DNA of 64,000 nt from an uncultured Chloroflexia bacterium (GTDB lineage: Bacteria; Chloroflexota; Limnocylindria; Limnocylindrales; CSP1-4): positions 32,001 to 96,000 of the forward strand of contig CAVYIM010000007.1 of assembly GCA_963768655.1 (NCBI GenBank), read 5' to 3'. Made by a program: the position numbers and the translations under genes. Of the stretch, positions 53,913-62,142 are shown piece by piece (the first letter of the stretch is position 1; the number at the start of each line of letters is the position of its first letter). The notes beneath the pieces were generated by a model, which searched no databases, was not told the DNA's origin, and was given only the letters and a program-made list of their open reading frames with translations.

Positions 53913-54122
53913 ATGCCGAACCATCCAGCTCCGCCGTTGGTCATCAGCGAGTCTGAACGAGCATCCCTACTGGCCCTGATACGAGCGGGAACGACCGAGC
54001 AGCGACTCGCGATGCGGGCCCGGATCGTGCTTGCGGCAGCGGCCGGCACCGCGAACGAGCGGATTGCGGCCGAGCCATCAGGGTCCGACGCGGCTGCACC
54101 TGAGCCAAGCCCTTGGCCATAA
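53913..54122 (+). pseudogene. IS630-family transposase N-terminal remnant
   Basis: SERASL..LIR....QRLAMRARIVL.AA.G..NERIA. Confidence 0.6.
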
Positions 54123-54163
54123 CACGTTGTCGAAAACAGCTTCATCTGAGGTTGTGAGAGAAG

Positions 54164-54367
54164 ATGAGCGCGTGGGATGTTGTTGACTACTGCGGGATAG
54201 CAGTATGGTTGGTGTGGATGTTGTGGTTCTGGAGGACACTGGCGAAGACGTTCCTCAACCCTCGCTACCCGTCTCAGCTTGGTGTGAAGGCTGCGGTGCC
54301 GGTAATTCTTGCGGCTCTTGCTTTGGCGGCTGTGTCAGGTCTGCTGCTGATGGCACAGGGCGGGTGA
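54164..54367 (+). CDS. Small 2-TM protein
   Basis: 67 aa hydrophobic ORF. Confidence 0.45.
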   Translation: MSAWDVVDYCGIAVWLVWMLWFWRTLAKTFLNPRYPSQLGVKAAVPVILAALALAAVSGLLLMAQGG

Positions 54368-54571
54368 CCAGTTCTCCGTCGAAGCGCGCTGTTGACGAAG
54401 CCGGAACTCTAGAGGTGTTGTCGCGAGAACGGCGGCGTGGGACCCGCTTGTCCGCCGTCAGTAATCTTGGACACCCTCGATCTGCGCAGCTCTTGCCTGT
54501 CGCGGTCGGAGGCCGAACCCGATGGCAGAGTTCGCGTGTCCGATCCGGGAGTCGGGTTCAGGGGCCGCCCA

Positions 54572-54900
54572 TCAGGGTTTGAACAGTTCGGCCGTGGAAA
54601 TGGCGTAATGCCCGCCGTCGGCGCTGCCGCCGGCGATCAAGACTGTGCCATCGGGCAGCAGGGTTGCTGTCTGATCACCTCGGGGCGTGTTCATCGAGCC
54701 GATCAGGTGAATGCCGGTGGTGGGGTCGTACAGCCCGGCGGAGGCGGCAGAATCGTTGGTATTCTCGTTAGGGCTTCCATCGGTCTCGATGGCGCAGGTG
54801 TGGTAGCGGCCGGCGCTCACAGCGGTGAAGGTGCCGGCGGGTGGGGTGGCCTCGCTGTAGGTGTTGTCACCCCAGCAGGCCAGGGTTCCGTCGGTCCTCC
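54572..54900 (-). pseudogene. Fused remnants of RCC1-like and kelch repeat genes
   Basis: DGTLACWGDN..VSAGRYHTCAI then LYDP.TG...MNTPR...TATLLPDG.VLIAGG. Confidence 0.55.
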
Positions 54901-55212
54901 GCGATCTCTACCATCCCGTGTGCAGTGGAACGCCGAAGATCGAGGTCTGGGCGACGAAACGGCTCCACGAGGTCTAGCGGTGCACGCACGCGTCGCGCCG
55001 ACTCAATAGCCTGACTCCGCCCAGCTCCGCCGGTTACCGACGATCTCGGCCCGGTGCCAGCCAGTTCGCACGTCCGGTCGGGATCCGTGCTCGGTACTCT
55101 TGGGCACTATCGAGCTTCGCTCTGGCCCGGGATGCTACCGGGGCAGGGAGCCCGCCCGTCGTACATGGAAGCTGACAAGGCGCTTCCCGCGACAAGGATG
55201 GGGGGTAGAGAA

Positions 55213-56331
55213 ATGGACGGCGTCCAAGCCTGCGCGCGATGCGGCACAGCACTCACGCCGGGCATTGCCTTCTGCGGGGCCTGCGGTCTGGCCGTCGGAC
55301 GTGCCGCGGTCCCACCCACGGCTCCACCGACGGCCCCACCTCAGTGGGCGCAGGCACCCGGTCCGCCGCCGTGGGCGCAATCGCCGGTCCCACCCGTGGG
55401 CCCACCGGCACCGCCGCCGTGGGCTCAGGCACCCGCGCCGAAGCCCACGTATGTGCACCAAAGGTTCGTGGGTTGGTGGGTCCGGCTCTCGCGCCGAGGG
55501 AAGATCGGGACGAGCGTAGCCGTCGTGATGGCCATCCTCGTACTGGCAGCCATAGGAGGCAGTTCGGGAGCGAGCGGAGGAGCCGGCGGCTCTCCCAACC
55601 CGTCCGCCGGTGGGACCCCAGGAAACGTGGGCGCCGTTACGAGCGCCTCTACGCCGTCGCCTTTGCCGACGCCAACGGTTGTGCCTACTGCGACTCCCTT
55701 GCCGACGGCCGTGCCGGTGCCGACGGCCGTGCCGAAGCCGACACCCACTCCGTCACCTACGGCCGTGCCGACGCTCGGCCTCGACTTCAACCCCATCAGT
55801 CTTTCCGGGCGGGGAAACAAGGTTCCGAAGTTCACGATCCCCGAAGACGCGGCTGGAATCGCCACTATCACCAACCACGGCAGTGCCAACTTCGTGGTCT
55901 GGTCAATCGCTGCGGATGGCTCGCAGCTCGACCTCCTTGTGAACACGATCGGCAGCTACTCCGGAACCGTGCTCTTCGACACGGGCGCGAATGAGCACTC
56001 GGTTGCCTTCAGCGTCGAGTCGGATGGTTCGTGGACGATAGCAATCAAGCCTCTTCAGCTCGCTCGGTCGTGGGATGGAGTGTCGAAGTTGACCGGTCGC
56101 GGCGATGATGTAGTTCAGCTCCAGCAGGAGATAGCGGGCCTTGCGACGGCGACGATCACGTACTCGGGCTCCGGCAACTTCGCCGTCTGGGCGTACAGCG
56201 ATAGCGGCGCCGACTTGCTGGTAAACGAGATCGGCAAGTACAGCGGCGACACACAGTTGCCGGCCGGAACCGTTTTGCTGGCGATCAGCGCCTCTGGGAC
56301 GTGGACGGTCACCCCGGACCTCAGCGAATAG
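55213..56331 (+). CDS. Zinc-ribbon membrane-anchored protein with duplicated beta domain
   Basis: CARC...CGAC, Pro-rich linker, TM, two copies of NF.VW...LLVN.IG.YSG. Confidence 0.8.
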   Translation: MDGVQACARCGTALTPGIAFCGACGLAVGRAAVPPTAPPTAPPQWAQAPGPPPWAQSPVPPVGPPAPPPWAQAPAPKPTYVHQRFVGWWVRLSRRGKIGTSVAVVMAILVLAAIGGSSGASGGAGGSPNPSAGGTPGNVGAVTSASTPSPLPTPTVVPTATPLPTAVPVPTAVPKPTPTPSPTAVPTLGLDFNPISLSGRGNKVPKFTIPEDAAGIATITNHGSANFVVWSIAADGSQLDLLVNTIGSYSGTVLFDTGANEHSVAFSVESDGSWTIAIKPLQLARSWDGVSKLTGRGDDVVQLQQEIAGLATATITYSGSGNFAVWAYSDSGADLLVNEIGKYSGDTQLPAGTVLLAISASGTWTVTPDLSE

Positions 56332-56758
56332 CGAACGCAGAGGCCGGGGCAAGGCCACTTGAATCGAGGGTCTACTAGAGGATTGCCCGTCGGACCACGA
56401 CCGAAGCCGTCGCTATGAGCAGCTCGTGTCGATTGTGACAAACGGTCGGCTGGCTGCCCTTGTTGGGCGTTCTCTGACGATCTGTCAGCTCCTGCTCCAG
56501 TCGGCAAGTAGGACTGGAAACGAGGCGAGGTGTCCGCCCGACCGGGCGGATGACGGCTGAAACGGGTTCGCGCGTCCCAGATGGCGCCTGGCTGGCCGCC
56601 ACAGCGTCGGGTTCGCGGCCGTCCTAGTGCCGACCTGGTGGCCCACGCCCCATAGGCATGTGCGTCACCAGTGGAGCCCGTTCATGCAGAATCGTTTCGG
56701 CAACCTCATCGGCAACCTCAGGTGCAACGAACGGGTTGGATCCTTGAGGGAGGGCGCA

Positions 56759-58411
56759 GTGCGAAAAGGCGTGTTCTCCAGTGCAGCGGGCCGGCTAGCC
56801 GCACTCCGCGTCCTGGTTGGGCCACTCTCTTCCCTGCGCAAACACGTCCGCCTTGCAGTTGCCGTCGCGGCGGCTGCCTTCATGCTTCTCGCGGTCAACG
56901 TCTCGGGCTTTGTGCAGGGCTCGGATGCGAGCCTCGTGATCATGGGATTCGACCCAGATCGAGCCCAGCTCATTACCTCTCTGCTCGTGGGCGCTGGCGC
57001 GGCCGCCTTGGCTTACCTGTGCAGCGATCTGTTCGTGACCGCAGTGCTTCTCGGCCTCTTCGCGGCGACCATCTTGTACGCAGACACCTTTGCCCAGGAG
57101 ACGACCTCGGCACTTGCTTCCACTGGAGCTGACGGCATCTTCGATCCGGGTGGCTGGCTCTTGACCCTGGTGACGCTCGTGACTACAGCGGTGGTCGTCG
57201 GCTGGTCGGCCGCGACACTGTCAGGCCCAATTCGGCGGCACCTCATAGCGGCAGGCCAGGTTCTCGTTGGAGCCGTCAGAGAGCGGAGGATCGACCTGCG
57301 AGCGCTGGCCGGGCCGATTGTGGTGGCGGTCATTGCGACTCTGCTCGCGGTCTCAGTCCCCACTCTGGGAGACATGCTCAACTACACGCCCGACTCGCAC
57401 ATGTTGACCGGCGGACAGCCCCTGGAGGGCCTCGCGGGTGGCGACGGTTCCACGCCGTCGGCCACTGCAGGACCTGGCGACATGAACGGCATGGGTACGC
57501 CCTCGCCCTCACCCTCTCAGACGCCCACGAGTGGACCGGACCTGACCCCGAGCGCTTCGGCCTCTGTGGCTGCGAACTCAGGGCCTCGCCCGTGGCTGGC
57601 TTGGAGGCCGTCCGGGCCAGGCCGGGTGGAGACCGACGGGCTGCCCGCCCCATGGGTCGGCGGGCACACCCTCGACATCTCGGTGTACCTTCCGCCCGGA
57701 TACCAGACCAGCGGTCAACGACGCTACCCGGTGGAGTACGAACCGCTCGACTCGTTCGCGAGGTGGAATCAGGCATTTGGCGTCAAGGCGGAGCTCGACG
57801 TGCTCACAGATCAAGGCACGATCCCCGCCTCGCTCGTGGTGTTCATCGACACTTCAGGTGGTCCGTACCAGGACAGCGAATGCGCCAACTCCACGGACGG
57901 CGAAGAGTGGATGGGTCGGTTCCTCGGAGAGACCGTTCCGACGTACATCGACGCCCACTATCGGACGATCACCGAGCCCGCCGCCCGAACCCTGCTCGGG
58001 TTCTCGCAGGGCGGCTACTGCGCAGCCATGCTGATCCTCGACTACCCCAACGTCTTCGGCAATGCCGTCTCGATTTCGGGCTACTTCCACGCCGGGCTCG
58101 GGAGCGCGAACGCTTGGCGTCCCTTCGGCCACGATCAGAGCGTCCTGGATCAGTACTCGCCGGCGTTGGTGGCGCCGCAGTTGTCGGCCAGTACGATAAG
58201 CAGCCTGTACTTCGTCATCGACTTCGATCCTGCTCAACCCCTCTACGGGCCGGAGGGGAAGGCCTTCGTGGCAGTCCTACAGAGGTCCGGATACGCGTAC
58301 GCGGTTATCGATTCTCCGCAGCACCACAGCTGGACTCAAGTCCGGTACGGGCTGAGTCCGACCCTGGCACTCGTTGCCAGCCGGCAAGCGGGGGAGGCGG
58401 TATTCTCCTGA
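56759..58411 (+). CDS. Membrane-anchored alpha/beta hydrolase (esterase family)
   Basis: TM region, VYLPPGY, GFSQGG, HSW. Confidence 0.85.
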   Translation: MRKGVFSSAAGRLAALRVLVGPLSSLRKHVRLAVAVAAAAFMLLAVNVSGFVQGSDASLVIMGFDPDRAQLITSLLVGAGAAALAYLCSDLFVTAVLLGLFAATILYADTFAQETTSALASTGADGIFDPGGWLLTLVTLVTTAVVVGWSAATLSGPIRRHLIAAGQVLVGAVRERRIDLRALAGPIVVAVIATLLAVSVPTLGDMLNYTPDSHMLTGGQPLEGLAGGDGSTPSATAGPGDMNGMGTPSPSPSQTPTSGPDLTPSASASVAANSGPRPWLAWRPSGPGRVETDGLPAPWVGGHTLDISVYLPPGYQTSGQRRYPVEYEPLDSFARWNQAFGVKAELDVLTDQGTIPASLVVFIDTSGGPYQDSECANSTDGEEWMGRFLGETVPTYIDAHYRTITEPAARTLLGFSQGGYCAAMLILDYPNVFGNAVSISGYFHAGLGSANAWRPFGHDQSVLDQYSPALVAPQLSASTISSLYFVIDFDPAQPLYGPEGKAFVAVLQRSGYAYAVIDSPQHHSWTQVRYGLSPTLALVASRQAGEAVFS

Positions 58412-58531
58412 GCTGCCGGCGCGGAACAACCAGCGTAGGTCAGGCGTCTCCTAGGTGGACGAGGCTCTGACGCTCCAGGGCGATCCTTCATCCGTACTCA
58501 CCCGGTGCCTCTCTCGAAGCGGGGAGTGGGA

Positions 58532-60268
58532 ATGACCCTGGTTGAGCCGCAGAAACGAACGGCTCGAGTGGCGCGAGCGGCCCTCAGCTGGGGCGTCGCC
58601 ATTCCTGCGCTTATCCTCGCCCTCCTCTCCATCGTCTCACTCGCATACTTCTTAGGGTTCCTGCGGCCCCTTGCCCGAGGAGTCGACGCGGTCTGGCCAA
58701 TCGATGCAGGCGACGCCAGCCCGAGCTTCGCGCTTCTGTCCGCCGTCGGCCTGGGAGCCCTGAGCGTCGGGCTCCTGAAAGGCAAAGCCGTTGCCTGGTG
58801 GCTGGCGGTTGCCACCCTGGTCGTTGCCCTGCTGTGCCAGGCTGCGACTCTCGCGCACCCGCTCGGTGTCGTCGTCGTGGGCGGCCTGTTGTCTGTTCTC
58901 GTCGCCGACAACCGTCACTACGAAGTCGAGACCTCTGCCAGCTGGCGCCGGCGCGCTCTAGCCCTGATGGTGGCGGCGGGTGTGCTCGTCGGCCTGGAGA
59001 CCTCACTCGTCATCGCTGCCACGGGCTCATGGCCTGGTCCCCTTGGCCTCCTCAGCGACGCGACGGCAGCCTTGGGCAATGCCTTTGGGATCAGTGACGC
59101 CACGGCGGGTGATCTGCTCAGGGTCACCAGCCACAATGTGCTTCTGGCGCTGCTCATCGTGGCTGCCCGCCTGCCGATCGTCCTGGCCGCGATCGGGGTC
59201 CTTTCCCCTGCTCCGGAGCATGCGCCCGACCCCTCGACCCGGGCTCGGGCGCGGGAGATAGGTAGGCGGTTCGGCTGCGGGGCGCTACTGCCGTTCCAAC
59301 TCGGCGACGACAAGTTCGTCTTCGTTCCGGCCGACGCCGACGGCATGGTCGTCTATGGCGTCGCGGCCGGTACGGCAGTGGTCCTGGGCGACCCGATCGG
59401 TCCCGCCCAGGAGACTTCCAAGGTTCTGGCCGCCTTCCTCGCTCGATGCCACAGAGTCGGCAGGACGCTGGTCTTCTATCAGGCCAGCGGCCCCGGCAGC
59501 GGTGCCCTGGCCCAGGCCGGGTTTCGCGTGTTCCGTGTCGGCCAGGAGGCGGTGGTGGAGCTGGGCACCTTCGATCTAAGTGGCCCACGGCGGGCCAATC
59601 TGCGACACACGATCACGCGCTGCCGCAGAGCCGGCGTCTCGATTCGCTGGTTCGCCTCGGGCATCGACCCGGCTGTCGATCCGGGGCTCGGTGCCCAGCT
59701 TGCGGCGCTAGATGAGAGATGGCGCCTGGAAGTTGGACCCGAGCTCGGGTTCACGATCAGCCAGTTCGACGCGGCCAACTTGCGCTGGCAGCCAGTCGCG
59801 GTCGCGGTCTCGGAGACCGGCCACCCGCTCGGTTTTGCGACGTTCAGGCGCACGGGCACAGATGGCGGTTGGGTCGTGGACCTCATGCGCCGGGCTGGCG
59901 ACTCTCCGCCCGGTGTCGTCGAGTGGTGCATCGCCGAGGCGGCGTCGGCCTTCCGGGCCGGCGGCTCGAAGACCCTGTCGCTGGGACTCGCACCGCTGGC
60001 CGGGCTCGAAGCGGACGGGGTGGCCGAGGAGCGGCTTCTGCGTCTCGGCGCGTGGGTGGTCCGTCGCTGGTACGACGTGCGCGGGTTGGCGTTCTTCAAA
60101 GGCAAGTTCGACCCGATCTGGGTGCCCCGCTACGGCGCCATCAGACACCGACGCGATATCGTCGGCTTCGTTGTTGCCCTGTTGCTAGTACATGTGAGGC
60201 CAGTATCGATGTTGCCGCGATGGCGCCGCCCGGTCCCCCTGGCCGCGAGCGGCTCTTCTGCCCGATGA
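58532..60268 (+). CDS. MprF/LysX-like aminoacyl-phospholipid synthase domain (DUF2156) membrane protein
   Basis: VVLGDPIG, GQEAV, DLMRR, LSLGLAPL, GL..FK.KF.P.W.PRY. Confidence 0.85.
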   Translation: MTLVEPQKRTARVARAALSWGVAIPALILALLSIVSLAYFLGFLRPLARGVDAVWPIDAGDASPSFALLSAVGLGALSVGLLKGKAVAWWLAVATLVVALLCQAATLAHPLGVVVVGGLLSVLVADNRHYEVETSASWRRRALALMVAAGVLVGLETSLVIAATGSWPGPLGLLSDATAALGNAFGISDATAGDLLRVTSHNVLLALLIVAARLPIVLAAIGVLSPAPEHAPDPSTRARAREIGRRFGCGALLPFQLGDDKFVFVPADADGMVVYGVAAGTAVVLGDPIGPAQETSKVLAAFLARCHRVGRTLVFYQASGPGSGALAQAGFRVFRVGQEAVVELGTFDLSGPRRANLRHTITRCRRAGVSIRWFASGIDPAVDPGLGAQLAALDERWRLEVGPELGFTISQFDAANLRWQPVAVAVSETGHPLGFATFRRTGTDGGWVVDLMRRAGDSPPGVVEWCIAEAASAFRAGGSKTLSLGLAPLAGLEADGVAEERLLRLGAWVVRRWYDVRGLAFFKGKFDPIWVPRYGAIRHRRDIVGFVVALLLVHVRPVSMLPRWRRPVPLAASGSSAR

Positions 60269-61896
60269 CCCGCCTGGCGTCTTTGCGCGCGCTGAGCGGC
60301 CTGCGGACCCCCCTCCTCAGCGCGTCCGTCGCGGCCGTCATGATCGTGGCGTCGGTCGTCTCCGGAGCCAGAGATTCATCGAACACCACTCTCGAGCTCA
60401 TGGGTTTCGATCCGGATCGCGCCGAGCTGATCAGCTCGCTGCTGATAGGGGGAGTAGCCGCGGCCGCAGCCACCTTCGCCACCGGGAGAGGCGGCCAGGC
60501 GACGCTGCTGGGCCTCGGTGGTTTCGTCGCTCTGTTCGGCCACACCTTTCTTCGCGAGACCGGCGATGCCCTGGCATCGCCCGCATTCGAAGGCTACTTC
60601 GATCTCAGCGGCTGGCTCTTGACCCTGCTGACCCTGCTGACTGTCGGCCTGATCTCGGGCTGGATCGGGGCCGTGCTTGCTCTGTCGCTTCGCCCGGGGT
60701 TGATCGAGGCCGGCTCTGCCGTGCGCGACGCCATCGCGAGCCGGCAACTCGACCGTCGTCGGCTGCGACTGCCTCTCGCCGCGGCCCTTGTGCTGGTCCT
60801 GTTGATCATCACCGTGCCGGTCTTCGGTGACATGGTCAACTACACGCCCGATGCGAGAATGCTTGACGGCGGACCCCCGGCGGCGGGACTCGTTCCGGGT
60901 GGGCAGGTCGACTCCCCGACGCCAACGGCCAGCTCGCCCCAGCCGACGGGGACCGGCCTGGGTTCGACGCCACAGCCGACGGGGACCGGCCTGGGTTCGA
61001 CGCCACAGCCGACGGGGACCGGCCTGGGTTCGACGCCACAGCCAACTCCCTCGCCGGTCGACCCGCAGCCATGGTTGGCCTGGTTGCCATCGGGCGGCGG
61101 CTCGGTCACGTGGCCGGCTATGCGGGCTCCCTGGACGGGTGGCCCGATTACGAACGACGTGGCCATCTACACGCCACCGGGGTACGAGCGAGGAGGTAGC
61201 CGGCGCTATCCCGTCCTATACGAGACGCCCTTCGGATACGGCAGCTGGGATTCGGCCATCAACATCAGGGGGATTCTTGACGCACTGATCGACAAGGGGG
61301 CGATTCCGCCGATGATCGTCGTCTTCGTGAACTCGGGCGACGGGCCGTATCCCGACACAGAGTGCGCCAACTCGGTCGACGGCGCGGAGTGGATGGATAC
61401 GTTCATCAGTCAGACGCTTGTGTCGTACGTCGACACGCACTACTCGACAATCGCCCAGGCTAGCGCACGAGCCATAACCGGCTTCTCGCAGGGCGGCTAC
61501 TGCGCCGCCATCCTGGCGCTCCGCCATCCGACCGTTTTCGGTACCGCCATCCCGATGTCAGGTTACTACTGGGCAGGAGCGGCCGGCTCCAATTCGAGGC
61601 TTCCATTCGGCGGGAACGCCGCTGCCTTGAGGGCCGCCTCGCCAATGGTCGTCGCTACCGAGCTGCCAGCGGCGGAGCGTGCTTCGCTCTTCTTCATCGT
61701 GGGTGCCGAGGCCAGCCAGCCCTTCTACGGTCCCCAGGCCACCGCGTTTGAGAACCTGCTGGCCGCCCAGGGCTACTCCTACGTGGTGCAAGACGCCAAC
61801 GTTAAGCACGGCTGGGTTCAGGCGCGGCACCTGTTCCCAGGTGCAGTGGAGGCTTGGGCCGCGCATATGGTCGCTGCCGGGGTGTTCGCGTCGTAG
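60265..61896 (+). CDS. Second membrane-anchored esterase, paralog of 56759-58411
   Basis: ATGA overlap; MGFDPDRA, YTPPGY, GFSQGG, HGW. Confidence 0.85.
   Translation: MTRLASLRALSGLRTPLLSASVAAVMIVASVVSGARDSSNTTLELMGFDPDRAELISSLLIGGVAAAAATFATGRGGQATLLGLGGFVALFGHTFLRETGDALASPAFEGYFDLSGWLLTLLTLLTVGLISGWIGAVLALSLRPGLIEAGSAVRDAIASRQLDRRRLRLPLAAALVLVLLIITVPVFGDMVNYTPDARMLDGGPPAAGLVPGGQVDSPTPTASSPQPTGTGLGSTPQPTGTGLGSTPQPTGTGLGSTPQPTPSPVDPQPWLAWLPSGGGSVTWPAMRAPWTGGPITNDVAIYTPPGYERGGSRRYPVLYETPFGYGSWDSAINIRGILDALIDKGAIPPMIVVFVNSGDGPYPDTECANSVDGAEWMDTFISQTLVSYVDTHYSTIAQASARAITGFSQGGYCAAILALRHPTVFGTAIPMSGYYWAGAAGSNSRLPFGGNAAALRAASPMVVATELPAAERASLFFIVGAEASQPFYGPQATAFENLLAAQGYSYVVQDANVKHGWVQARHLFPGAVEAWAAHMVAAGVFAS
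60940..61043 (+). repeat. 33-bp x3 in-frame tandem repeat (QPTGTGLGSTP linker)
   Basis: cagccgacggggaccggcctgggttcgacgcca three times. Confidence 0.9.
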
Positions 61897-62142
61897 GTCG
61901 ACCACGGCGCGATGCGGGTCCACATTCAAGCTGAAGCCGGCACGATCCAGCGATCGTGGCGATCGTCGTGGCGGCGACCAGCCACCCGGCTTGGGTCGGT
62001 GCCGATGCGCCTAGCCATGCCCCGCCTGCGTGGGTAGGATGAACTCGCTTGTCGGCGATCGGGTATTGGCCCTCGCAACGAGCGACGGATCCGGAACATG
62101 GAGGCCTCGACTGTGTCCGGTAGCGAGAGGGAGCTTGGTTCG

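Larger units (their letters stand above)
41276..61958. repeat. Second series of CRCBAT-N6-ATVGYG sites (41276, 43333, 49289, 50011, 56411, 61941)
   Basis: Read directly; spacers cgcggc, cgcccg, gcgcgg, gttcgc, gagcag, ccagcg. Confidence 0.7.

Noticed and set aside
59719-60264. 725-aa ORF start at 59719
   Set aside because: Overlaps the MprF-like gene out of frame; the ATG at 60265 with ATGA coupling matches the paralog
60940-61043. CRISPR array
   Set aside because: Head-to-tail 33-bp repeats without spacers, in frame in a linker; no cas genes in window
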